Source: an uncultured cyanobacterium
GTDB taxonomy: Bacteria; Cyanobacteriota; Cyanobacteriia; PCC-9006; JAAUQQ01
Direction of reading: 5' to 3'
DNA: 64,000 nt
Assembly (NCBI GenBank): GCA_963718615.1
Contig: OY970368.1
Span: 576,001-640,000, forward strand
In this document: piece after piece, positions 1 through 9,352 of the stretch
Layout of the letters: each line of letters opens with the position of its first letter
Numbering within the stretch: the first letter of the stretch is position 1
Position numbers and translations under genes: made by a program
Notes under the pieces: generated by a model
The model's input: only the letters and a program-made list of their open reading frames with translations
The model's database searches: none
Told to the model about the DNA's origin: nothing

Positions 1-270
1 TCCCAGGAAGAATATCATTTGGTTTTAGACTGTTGGAAAATCTTCAAAAGCCAGCATTTTCCTTTGGATTTGTACATTACTTTATCCGCAGGAAAAAATC
101 TAACTTTTGGTAGAGAATACATTCGACCTCTACCCGAGTATAACTATCTAGAGATACCCCCGACGCAAAAAGTTGCCTATGAAAAGTATCTAGATGTGAA
201 TTATAGCGACTTTAAACAAGCCGTTGAACAACAGCTCAACCTATCAATATTTTTATCTACAACCCAATAG
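1..270 (+). CDS. 3' end of a hypothetical protein (truncated by window start)
   Basis: Frame 1 is open from base 1 to TAG at 268-270; no recognisable motif. Confidence 0.5.
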   Translation, partial: SQEEYHLVLDCWKIFKSQHFPLDLYITLSAGKNLTFGREYIRPLPEYNYLEIPPTQKVAYEKYLDVNYSDFKQAVEQQLNLSIFLSTTQ

Positions 271-421
271 AGCTAGTAATACTTTGAGGCTACGCTGACA
301 AGCCAAGTCGCCAAGCACACCCCTACGCTTTTTCTTTTCACCTATGCTCTGCCGGACCTAGCTATTTCTAAAGTCTACATCTAGTCATTGACCTACAACC
401 TTAAAAGAGCATTATTTTAAA

Positions 422-1681
422 ATGATTCAATTAGCAAGTCTCTTTTTATTTTTATTTTTAATTCCAACCTTTTTCGTGGTGCAATCCACTTATAAATTTG
501 TTCGATTTCTTAAGCGATCGCCTCAGCCCATAGCACTTCAAGACGGCAAACTTCCCTCAGTTGCGATTGTGATGAGCGTTCGAGGACTAGATCCATCCTT
601 AAAAGATTGTATCCACTCTTTATTGACTCAAGATTATCCCAATTATCTTATAAAGATTGTTGTGGATAGTAAAGAAGATACAGCCTGGGACTTGTTGCAC
701 CAGATTAGTCAAGACGCTAGTCACGGAAACATCGAGCTACTGCTTTTGAACGTTCGTTATGACACCTGTGGATTGAAGTGTAGTGCCCTCATTCAAGCCA
801 TTTCTCAACTTGATCCAGATTTAGATGTTGTAGCTTTTATCGATTCAGATGTTATCGCTCATCCAACTTGGCTACGGGAACTCGTCACGCCTCTCGCTAA
901 TCCTAAAGTGGGTTTAACGTCTGGTCTTCCATGGTATCTACCGAAAGAAGAAAATGTTGGTTCTCTAGTTCGCTATCTCTGGAATATTTATGGCGTTACA
1001 GGCCGATATATCTGTCGAACGCCTTCAGGTGCTTCCATGGCGATTCAGCGTCATCTACTCACTCAGGAGAAGATACTAGGTGTTTGGCAAAAAGTGCTCT
1101 CAGAGGATATTACCGCCGCTGTAATGATCGAAGATGAAGGATTAGAAATCCAATTCATCCCTTCTCTTATCATGGTCAATCGAGAGAGCTGTACATTACA
1201 GGGCTGCTGGCAGTTTGTAAAACGCCAGTTCTTCTGGACTCGTCTCTATAGTCCCCAATGGACTTTTATCGCGACTCAGGCTTTTTTTCGCCTTATCGTA
1301 CTACTTTCCGCAGCTCTTTTATTACCAATTTCCTTGTTAAAAGGAGATTCTCTCACCACAATGGTTGTAATTGGGGGACTTGCGATCTATTTTGTATCGA
1401 TTGGAATCTCTATTTTTTCAATTCAGAAAAATGTGCAAGGAAAGCTAATTGAAAGGGGAGAAGTTCTTGCTCCTTGCTCAGCATTTGTTTTTCCAAAGCT
1501 TGTCTTTTCTTTTTTGATTGCACATCTAATTGTTCTTGGAGGAACCCTTTCTGCATTAGGCATGCAAAGCATTCAGTGGCGGGAAATCAATTATCAAATT
1601 GAGAACAAGCTAGATATCAGAATGTTAGAGTACTCCCCTTACAAAGGTTCTAATCCAAAGTCAAATGCATCTATTTTATAA
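422..1681 (+). CDS. GT2/GT21-like (ceramide glucosyltransferase/HpnI-like) membrane glycosyltransferase
   Basis: N-terminal TM helix, SLLTQDYPNY, GLKCSAL, DxD motif (IDSD), SED acidic motif, RQFFW, C-terminal TM helices and WREINY. Confidence 0.85.
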   Translation: MIQLASLFLFLFLIPTFFVVQSTYKFVRFLKRSPQPIALQDGKLPSVAIVMSVRGLDPSLKDCIHSLLTQDYPNYLIKIVVDSKEDTAWDLLHQISQDASHGNIELLLLNVRYDTCGLKCSALIQAISQLDPDLDVVAFIDSDVIAHPTWLRELVTPLANPKVGLTSGLPWYLPKEENVGSLVRYLWNIYGVTGRYICRTPSGASMAIQRHLLTQEKILGVWQKVLSEDITAAVMIEDEGLEIQFIPSLIMVNRESCTLQGCWQFVKRQFFWTRLYSPQWTFIATQAFFRLIVLLSAALLLPISLLKGDSLTTMVVIGGLAIYFVSIGISIFSIQKNVQGKLIERGEVLAPCSAFVFPKLVFSFLIAHLIVLGGTLSALGMQSIQWREINYQIENKLDIRMLEYSPYKGSNPKSNASIL

Positions 1682-1974
1682 GATCTATCGATCCTTCAAT
1701 TGATTATTTTTATGCTTATGCGTTCTTATGTGTACTAAGATACAAATACGATACAAGAAAGAGTTCAACCCATAGCCCATAGATAGATAGATACCTTAAC
1801 GGTTAAAAATCTACCGACAAAATCTATTAAGTGTGTCCAGAGTTTTGTATAGATTGCGATTTTTTGACGGTAGAATCAGCGCTTTAGCCTGAACTTATAA
1901 GATTTTGTAAACACTCCCCAAACCTGCCAAGAGTGCCCTGATCAGCAACCTCAGTACGAGCGACACCAAGAATC

Positions 1975-2736
1975 ATGACCGCAGAATACAGTGTTCAACT
2001 TACATCGGATGTCATAGACGAAGGTCAGGTATGTTTTGTCATTACAACCCCAACAGCAACGTACTACTATCAAAAAGAAGGTTGTGCTTTCTCAAGCCTG
2101 ATTGATTGTGACGGCAATGATTGGATTGACTATCACCCCTCGGGAGGAGCTGATGGCAATCACCGGGGTATTCCCAACATGGGTTTCAAAGCTTTTGGTC
2201 ATCCCGGATTCACTAATGGTTCCAAAAGCTGGTTGAGTGAGCAACGTCCTGATTTCGTCCAAATTACCTCGGAGTCTGCAGGCGGCGTCTGGCAGATTGT
2301 CTGGGAGTTTTATCCGGATCGGGCTGTGATGACAGCCAAGGCAATCGGCCAACGGGCCTGGTTGTTATATGAAGGGACACCAGGAGGCAGATTTTGCCCT
2401 GAGGAGCAGTACTGGCTTACCTCTGACGGTAGCGTTCGATCTTGCAGTACCCGATTCCGGGGACATCTACCCAACCCCAAATGGGTTGCATTTTGCGATC
2501 CCCCAAGCTCGCGTTCCCTGGTGCTGTCTTACCAGGGGGAAGCAACTCGAAAAGACGTCTATTGGCCTATGAAAGGAAAAAAGGGAGGGATGACGGTATT
2601 CGGCTTTGGCCGTTCAGACGTTATTTTTCCAAAACTGCACCTCAGTAAAACCCCATTTCAGTTTTCTATTGCATTGATGGAAACTCTAGACTACGAAGTC
2701 ATTAAGAGAGGTCTTGAGAAAGGAATGAAGGAGTAA
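1975..2736 (+). CDS. hypothetical protein, aromatic-rich, possibly a carbohydrate-related beta-sandwich
   Basis: 253 aa ORF with ATG start, co-oriented with neighbours; function not recognised. Confidence 0.6.
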   Translation: MTAEYSVQLTSDVIDEGQVCFVITTPTATYYYQKEGCAFSSLIDCDGNDWIDYHPSGGADGNHRGIPNMGFKAFGHPGFTNGSKSWLSEQRPDFVQITSESAGGVWQIVWEFYPDRAVMTAKAIGQRAWLLYEGTPGGRFCPEEQYWLTSDGSVRSCSTRFRGHLPNPKWVAFCDPPSSRSLVLSYQGEATRKDVYWPMKGKKGGMTVFGFGRSDVIFPKLHLSKTPFQFSIALMETLDYEVIKRGLEKGMKE

Positions 2737-2906
2737 AAAAGCTCTCCGGTTCTAAGCTAAAAGTATCACCAGACAGCTCCCAGGAGAGCCATAGCCCAAG
2801 CGACTCGTGAGGCCTTTATTTGCATCGCCACGATTCGCATCATGCTCCGACGTTTGGCATCATTCTCCACACCTTCACTACTTCTCAAATCCCCCTCTAA
2901 CTTTCT

Positions 2907-4094
2907 ATGCAGTCAACTTCTCAAAAAAGCAGTAAGCTGGCAAATGTTCTTCATTTACCTCTTTTCCTTGGCTCTTTATCTTTTATCTTTCTTTTATTTG
3001 GTCTACCTATTTTTGGGAAATCAATAGGAGCAAGCGCTTTAGAAATTGGCGGGCTTTATTCTATTTTTACAGTCACAACCATGGTGCTAAGGCCCTTTGT
3101 TGGCTGGGCATTAGATCGATATAGCCGTAAACGTTTTTTTGTTGCTTCGTTGCTGAGCTATGCCGTCACAATGCTAGTTTTTGCATTTAGTGAGGGCATT
3201 TCTGGACTTTATATTGCCCGATTTTGTGAAGGGATTGCCGCTGCCTGCCTCTGGATTTCAATCAGGACCATTACGGCAGATCTGTCTGCTCCAGAGGAAC
3301 GGGGCCATGCCATGGGTAAGTTGCAAGAAATTTATACGAGAGCGGGTCTCATTGGAGTTTTTGCTGGATTTGGACTGGTTCGTTTTCTGCCCCACGGTGC
3401 AGCTTGGAAAATCGCATTTTTGGGCTATGCGATCGCCGCTGCAATAGGAGCTTGGCAAGCTTGGCTAGTCGTTCCAGAGACCCGATCATTGCCAAGCGAA
3501 CCGGATGAGCTTCCCAAATCACGTTCAATCTCTCGTCAGTTAATGTTTCTTATGGCGATTGTTTTTACAACGGGTTTAGCGGAAGCATTAATTAGCCCAA
3601 TCTACCTTATTTTTTTACAGGATCGCTTTGAGGCAGGCGTTGTAGCCCTAGCTTGGGCTTTCTTCCCCGCAGGTTTAGTGATGAGTGTGCTACCCAGTTA
3701 TCTGGGGCGGTTAAGCGATCGCCTAGGACGAGCCTCAATGATTGCCACAGGTCTGGCCAGCACAGGCTTACTGTTTGGTTGTTTACCCCTCCTCCCCCAC
3801 ATTGAATGGCTCATTGTTTTATACACGCTTTCCTCCATTGGATTGGCCATGGCCACACCCGCGAAAACCGCGCTTGTTGCAGACTTAAGCCAAAGTCAGA
3901 ACAGAGGAAGTATCTACGGTCTATACGAGTTGGCGCTTCGACTGGGAGCAACCGTAGGACCTCTACTAGGCGGGTGGCTTTACGATTCCATCAGCCACGC
4001 ATTGCCTTTCTATGTCACAGGAGGAATTATGTTGAGCAGCGCAGTTTTAGCCTGCTTTTTACTCAAGCCCAACCTACATCAATCGGCAATTTGA
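2907..4094 (+). CDS. MFS transporter
   Basis: About 12 hydrophobic segments; motif A GWALDRYSRK and GRLSDRLGR; GPLLGGWL. Confidence 0.92.
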   Translation: MQSTSQKSSKLANVLHLPLFLGSLSFIFLLFGLPIFGKSIGASALEIGGLYSIFTVTTMVLRPFVGWALDRYSRKRFFVASLLSYAVTMLVFAFSEGISGLYIARFCEGIAAACLWISIRTITADLSAPEERGHAMGKLQEIYTRAGLIGVFAGFGLVRFLPHGAAWKIAFLGYAIAAAIGAWQAWLVVPETRSLPSEPDELPKSRSISRQLMFLMAIVFTTGLAEALISPIYLIFLQDRFEAGVVALAWAFFPAGLVMSVLPSYLGRLSDRLGRASMIATGLASTGLLFGCLPLLPHIEWLIVLYTLSSIGLAMATPAKTALVADLSQSQNRGSIYGLYELALRLGATVGPLLGGWLYDSISHALPFYVTGGIMLSSAVLACFLLKPNLHQSAI

Positions 4095-4237
4095 GCACAT
4101 ATTCCTACACCTCATCAATCTATGAAATTATTGAAGTTTACGGTCCAATGAAGAGTGCCCAGTGCCTCTAAAATTATTGTATAATTTCACACTAGATCAT
4201 CTAAATAAAATTACTAAAAAGTTAAGAGCCTACAGTC

Positions 4238-5158
4238 ATGTCTAGACCAAATCTCAAACAAGACGATGCAAGCAGAGAGGCGAAGGTGCTGATGCCTACC
4301 ATTCGACAAAGGCTTATTCAGTCTAAAGTTGTCGAAAGAAACACAAAAAGAATTGCCTATCTTCTGGCTTCTTCTAATCGGCTTTATCCTCTTCTCTATA
4401 AAGTTTCAAACCGATCATCTCTCACAAATGTATACCACTGCTGTACTCAAAAGACAGCGAGTCAATGGTTTAGATCCATCTTTCATGATCCATTTTTCTA
4501 TAAGAAAACAGGATTGGTGAGCTCTCCCTATATCGAAATGGGTTTACGCACCGCATCCTTTAAAAAAGCACTACCTAAGCGAACGGTTGCGACTCATCTA
4601 TACGTGGGCTATCCCGCCTATTCAACCATTCCTAAGCCAGAAAACTACAAGACCTTTTTTGTTATGAGAGATCCAAGAGATATCGTTGTTTCTTGGTATT
4701 TTTCGGCGAAAAATTCACATGTTCTGATTGATCCAGTGCCTCAAATGCGACTGGATTTAGAACCTCTCAATCTACGGGATGGCTTAATCTATATCATTAA
4801 TCGCTTGCAAGAATTTGGATCGTTTGACGCCCAAAGATCTTGGATGAATGTATCCGAAGAAGGCGATCGCATCAAAATATTCTACTATGAAGCATTAGCC
4901 CATGACGACAAAGCATTTCTTCAATCTCTGTTTGAGTACTTAGAAATAACAGTATCTGATGCAGAGTTATCTGAATTTGTAGAGCGACATACTTTCTCTA
5001 AGTTATCAGGGGGTCGAAAGCCAGGGGAAGAAGATATAAACTCCCATTATCGAAAGGGACAATCAGGGGATTGGAAAAACTATTTTGACAATTCTGTTAT
5101 GTCCCACTTTCGTCAGATAACAGGTCATCTTATCGAAGAACTAGGGTATTCAGATTAG
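4238..5158 (+). CDS. PAPS-dependent sulfotransferase (Sulfotransfer_1 type)
   Basis: 5'-PSB-like QKTASQW, 3'-PB RDPRDIVVSWY, C-terminal YRKGQSGDWKNYF. Confidence 0.9.
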   Translation: MSRPNLKQDDASREAKVLMPTIRQRLIQSKVVERNTKRIAYLLASSNRLYPLLYKVSNRSSLTNVYHCCTQKTASQWFRSIFHDPFFYKKTGLVSSPYIEMGLRTASFKKALPKRTVATHLYVGYPAYSTIPKPENYKTFFVMRDPRDIVVSWYFSAKNSHVLIDPVPQMRLDLEPLNLRDGLIYIINRLQEFGSFDAQRSWMNVSEEGDRIKIFYYEALAHDDKAFLQSLFEYLEITVSDAELSEFVERHTFSKLSGGRKPGEEDINSHYRKGQSGDWKNYFDNSVMSHFRQITGHLIEELGYSD

Positions 5159-5186
5159 ACATAATGCAATTCTAGTCTTGACAGAA

Positions 5187-5229
5187 AGAGTAGTTTTAGT
5201 AGCCATCTGTTAGGCCCTAAAACTACTCT
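5187..5229. terminator. inverted repeat between convergent sulfotransferase genes, probable bidirectional terminator
   Basis: Perfect 13-bp arms AGAGTAGTTTTAG / CTAAAACTACTCT. Confidence 0.65.
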
Positions 5230-5231
5230 AG

Positions 5232-6326
5232 TCATAGAGGAGCTTCATAGCCCCACTTATCAATGGTAAAACTACAAGTCTGATAAATTCTTTCGATCGC
5301 GCATGAGTCTAAGTGATAAGGATTTTTTAGATATTTTTTCTGTGTATTAATATGTTGGGCAAACTTATCCTGAACATCTTCAAAATTACCAAGATCAAAC
5401 TTTTCATAGATCATTCTCAAGCCTTCTAGCGGATTTTTTTCAAACTTTTCATATCGAATTTCAATCAGATTTTCTGAGGGAATCAGGTTTTGATCTTCAA
5501 AAAATCGATTCATCAACTCTCGATAAATCCAAAATACATTCTCTACCAGGGCATCTTCACTCACAGATTGCAGACCATATCGCTGCGTCATCTGCCTAAG
5601 GGTATGTAGCTTAGAAGCAAAAACAATATAGGGATTCCGATAGATATGAACAAACTTTGCATCAGGGAACAACTCAAGAATAGTTCGAATGCGTGCTGTA
5701 TTAGCCGGACTTTTCAGCAGAAGCTGATGACCCGGCATAGACAAAAAAGAAAACTTTAATATCTTCAGATAATCCAGCTTCCATTGCTCATATTCTTTTT
5801 CAGACATTCCCTTAAATAAAACCGCTTTATCAAAAATCTCGCGTGTATTTTTAGGGAAATAGAAGCTATCAATATAACTATAAAAAGAAGTCGTTGCTAG
5901 AGGAAATTCCTCTTCTTCCGGCTTTTCAAGGGAGAGCTCGATATTGTCCATTGGTCTCTTGTTTGGCATGCTGAGACGAACAATATTTCTTCCCAACCAA
6001 TCGTTTACGATAAAAAGCTCAGGTAGCCACGCATGATAAGAGCTTACATAGCAAAAATTCGGATCTAGACTCATCAAATGATGCAAATAGGTCGTTCCAC
6101 TTCGCCAGTGACCTAAAATGAAAACAGGAGCTTTCGGTAAAATGGAAGATTCTAGACGTTTTCGGTAAAAGTGCTTGATAAAAAAACGCCCAGGTTCGCC
6201 GAGTAGAGTCATCGGAAATGCCATTGCTAACTGAGGCCAATAGTCCTTTTCAACCCCATAGGATCGTATCCTTGAGCATAAAAATCGAGGAGAACCACCA
6301 GCTAGAGGATGCAAACTTATATTCAT
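5232..6326 (-). CDS. sulfotransferase (Sulfotransfer_3 / mycobacterial Stf3-like), paralog A
   Basis: FILGHWRSGTTYLH, RPMDN, LLKSPANTARI, HIYRNPY; ATG at 6326 matches the paralog start (GTG at 6338 also possible). Confidence 0.9.
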   Translation of the reverse strand: MNISLHPLAGGSPRFLCSRIRSYGVEKDYWPQLAMAFPMTLLGEPGRFFIKHFYRKRLESSILPKAPVFILGHWRSGTTYLHHLMSLDPNFCYVSSYHAWLPELFIVNDWLGRNIVRLSMPNKRPMDNIELSLEKPEEEEFPLATTSFYSYIDSFYFPKNTREIFDKAVLFKGMSEKEYEQWKLDYLKILKFSFLSMPGHQLLLKSPANTARIRTILELFPDAKFVHIYRNPYIVFASKLHTLRQMTQRYGLQSVSEDALVENVFWIYRELMNRFFEDQNLIPSENLIEIRYEKFEKNPLEGLRMIYEKFDLGNFEDVQDKFAQHINTQKKYLKNPYHLDSCAIERIYQTCSFTIDKWGYEAPL

Positions 6327-6361
6327 TGCGGCTTTCACCTTGAAAGTTCTGAGTACCTATA

Positions 6362-6390
6362 TAAAAACAAGCTATCGTAAAGATAGCTTG
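6362..6390 (-). terminator. intrinsic terminator-like hairpin
   Basis: CAAGCTATC-N5-GATAGCTTG followed by TTTTT on the minus strand. Confidence 0.55.
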
Positions 6391-6495
6391 AAATATCTAA
6401 AGCATTGATCTATTCAGAAAGTGTTGATCGATAAGAATTTAAGATCTAAACAGACACAGATCCAAAAACATAAAGAAAGCATTGAATAGATCAGT

Positions 6496-7308
6496 TTAAT
6501 CTAAACTCTTCAGATTGGTTCGAAGACAAGCTAGATTCTCTGGCCTCGGTGTTGCATGGACCAAAAGCCAGTCCCAAGAAACACCTCCTTTCGTCACATA
6601 ATCTTTAAGAACTTTGCGTCCCCGTGAAGTAAATAAAAGCTCTCGGAAAGAAGCCATCGTACCCGGATTGCTTTTTCGTAATTGCCGAGCATCCTTGCGC
6701 GTACATATCCAAGGCTCAACACGATAGGCCTGTAGGTCGAATCCGGCAGCTTCAATCAATCGGAACATTTCTTCTTGATCAAAGGCATGTAAATGATACG
6801 GGTCAATATGACGCGTCTCCCCTAGAGGTACGGAAAGAAATAGATCTCCATCGGGTTTAATCAACTGACGTAGACGCTGGAGAAAAATATTGGGATGGGG
6901 CACATGCTCGATTGTTTCATAGGTAACTACCACATCAAAGAGCTCAGGCCACTCAAATTTTTCAGCATCTCCTTCGTGAAAACTAACGCCCGAAGTACTG
7001 TAATGCTCATTAGCATAGGCAATGCTTTCAGGGGCAATATCAACACCCACTACCTGTTCGGCTCCAGCATCTTTCAGCATCTTAGCGCCAAAGCCAGTGC
7101 CCGTTGCGATGTCTAGAACTTTCTTGCTTGCCACATAGCGACCTGCTGTGACATAGCGCTTGAGATGGATTTCAAGCGCTAGCTGGCTGGAAGCATCTTG
7201 ACCAACCGCTTCCGGAACGAGCCGTTCCCAGACCCCCCAAGTCTTAAGATGGCCTGTGATCGGTTTCTCTGTTTCTCGTGTGTTCGCTGGTTTTACAGTT
7301 TGAGTCAT
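6496..7308 (-). CDS. class I SAM-dependent methyltransferase
   Basis: VLDIATGTGFG, VVGVDI, FDVVVTYETIEHV. Confidence 0.9.
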   Translation of the reverse strand: MTQTVKPANTRETEKPITGHLKTWGVWERLVPEAVGQDASSQLALEIHLKRYVTAGRYVASKKVLDIATGTGFGAKMLKDAGAEQVVGVDIAPESIAYANEHYSTSGVSFHEGDAEKFEWPELFDVVVTYETIEHVPHPNIFLQRLRQLIKPDGDLFLSVPLGETRHIDPYHLHAFDQEEMFRLIEAAGFDLQAYRVEPWICTRKDARQLRKSNPGTMASFRELLFTSRGRKVLKDYVTKGGVSWDWLLVHATPRPENLACLRTNLKSLD

Positions 7309-7386
7309 GGATTTTAAGGCTCTTATATATTGAGGTTGAATTCGTACAAAAACCTATGGTGGGGTTTCGCGAAAAATAGCTTCGAT

Positions 7387-8139
7387 TTAGCGCGTTTTAA
7401 TGACGATGGCATGGCCATTAAGATTGTGGATAACAACGCGATCGCCCAATTTTCGCTGTTCATCCACAAATCTCGTAATCCCACTACAAATCATAAAGCC
7501 ATAATCGTCATAGACAACCATCCCCCCCACTTCTAGCCGTTCCCACACCCAATCCAGCACTTCTTTAGCACTTTCATAGACGTCTACATCGATATGGCAA
7601 AGGCGAAAACGCTCATTATCCGGAATGAGATGAGCAGTTTCATCCGGGAAAATCCCCTTGAGGATTTTGACATTCTTGAGATTCAGATTATCTAGATTCT
7701 TTTGAACATATTCTACTGACGTATCAGAATGCTCCCCACCTTTATAAACCGAATCCTTAGTTGAAGCTTTGACAACCCCCTCAAACGTATCACAAAGATA
7801 AATAGGGGCTTGAATTCCACAATGCTCGGCTTGCTTTGCCATCAAGGCCCCTGTGCCTCCTCGCCAAACTCCCACTTCAATAATGCTGCCGTTCAGCGAA
7901 GCTGTTTGCTCCACTAACTGCCAAAGCTCGTAACAGCGATACCAGTCCACCATCGTGTAGGGAAAGATCTTCCAGTAAATATCCTTGAATGCCTGATCAG
8001 CCTTCCAGGGTGCATAGGTGGCGTAGGGTTTATTGAACCGGTAGGGTTGATCTCGATGGGTTAAATGATAGAGCGCACACTTGGCACGATAACTTGTAAC
8101 ATTCTTGAATCCACGTAGCAGTGCTGTAAAAAGTTCCAT
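7387..8139 (-). CDS. TylF/MycF/NovP-family sugar O-methyltransferase
   Basis: IIEVGVWRGG, CDTFEG, KGIFPDET, HIDVDVYES, GGMVVYDDYG. Confidence 0.9.
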   Translation of the reverse strand: MELFTALLRGFKNVTSYRAKCALYHLTHRDQPYRFNKPYATYAPWKADQAFKDIYWKIFPYTMVDWYRCYELWQLVEQTASLNGSIIEVGVWRGGTGALMAKQAEHCGIQAPIYLCDTFEGVVKASTKDSVYKGGEHSDTSVEYVQKNLDNLNLKNVKILKGIFPDETAHLIPDNERFRLCHIDVDVYESAKEVLDWVWERLEVGGMVVYDDYGFMICSGITRFVDEQRKLGDRVVIHNLNGHAIVIKTR

Positions 8140-8176
8140 GGTAAATAAAAATAATCAATGAACATTGAACCATTAA

Positions 8177-9295
8177 CTAGTGCGAAAGCAATACATCATG
8201 GGGTTGAGAAGGATGATAGCCCCAACGATCGAGGGCAAAGCCCCATTCTTCCTCTACTCGTTTTTTCAGGTCAGGAGAGATGCTATAGGAATTTTTTCGA
8301 TACTTGGTATTCGACGTAATATAGTCTCTTAGGGAGTCAGAAACCATATCAAATTCAGAGATATTGAGGGCGCTATAGATGTTAGCCAGAGTATCAAAGG
8401 GATTAGATTCGAGCCCTTCATAGGATATCTCAATGAGATTACCCTCAGGAATAAGCCCCTGATCATCAATGAAACGGGTCATCACCTCCCGATAAAGATA
8501 GAATACATTATCTACGACCTCTGTTGTCTCAATATGCTGAAGTCCCCATAACTTTATTAACTTTAGACAGGTATGTAACTTAGAGGTGAAGACCGTATAA
8601 GGATCGCGGTAGATATGAATGAATTTAGCATTGGGAAACATTTCGAGTAATGTTGATATCCGAGCCGTATTCGCAGGGCTTTTAAGCAGAAGCTGCCGAT
8701 TTTGACAACCTACAGAAGCCATTTTAAGAACTTTTAGATAGCTATCTTTCCAATGCTGGTACTCCTGCTCTGAAATACCGTCAAACAACACTGACTGCCT
8801 AAAAATCGTTCGGGTCTGTTTTGGGAAAAAGAAACTGTGAATATAGCTGTATCGACACAAACCAGCCATCGCGAGTTCTTCTTCCTCAGGCTTATGAATC
8901 GAAAGCTCGACATTATCCATAGGCCGCGTCTTCGGTAAGCTAGCTAATACCATAGCGCGTGGAATCGGGCTGTCTCGTAAGAAGAGTTCGGGGACCCAAG
9001 CTTGATAGGAAGAAGTATAGCCAAATCGTGGATCCTGACTCATCAAGTGGTGAAGATAAGTGGTCCCACTGCGCCAATGACCCAGAATGAAAATCGGCTC
9101 TGGCTCCAAAATGACATCGGGAAGAAGCCGTTGTAGCCTTTTTCTTTCGAGGCTCCGCTCAATCCCCCCTAAAGAACTCAGTGCAGCGGCGGGCAATAAA
9201 CGGGGCAAGAAAGAGACGTCGCTACCATAGGTTTTTAGCAAGTAGGCTAGATTGGAGAAGGAAGCGCCTGATAGGGGGTGTAAGTTCAGCGACAT
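8177..9295 (-). CDS. sulfotransferase (Sulfotransfer_3 / Stf3-like), paralog B
   Basis: FILGHWRSGTTYLHHLMS, RPMDNVEL, LLKSPANTARI; collinear with 5232-6326. Confidence 0.9.
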   Translation of the reverse strand: MSLNLHPLSGASFSNLAYLLKTYGSDVSFLPRLLPAAALSSLGGIERSLERKRLQRLLPDVILEPEPIFILGHWRSGTTYLHHLMSQDPRFGYTSSYQAWVPELFLRDSPIPRAMVLASLPKTRPMDNVELSIHKPEEEELAMAGLCRYSYIHSFFFPKQTRTIFRQSVLFDGISEQEYQHWKDSYLKVLKMASVGCQNRQLLLKSPANTARISTLLEMFPNAKFIHIYRDPYTVFTSKLHTCLKLIKLWGLQHIETTEVVDNVFYLYREVMTRFIDDQGLIPEGNLIEISYEGLESNPFDTLANIYSALNISEFDMVSDSLRDYITSNTKYRKNSYSISPDLKKRVEEEWGFALDRWGYHPSQPHDVLLSH

Positions 9296-9352
9296 TGAGA
9301 TTCCCTAGAGTGATGAATAGTAAGCCGGAGAGTTATTAATCATAGACAGCAG

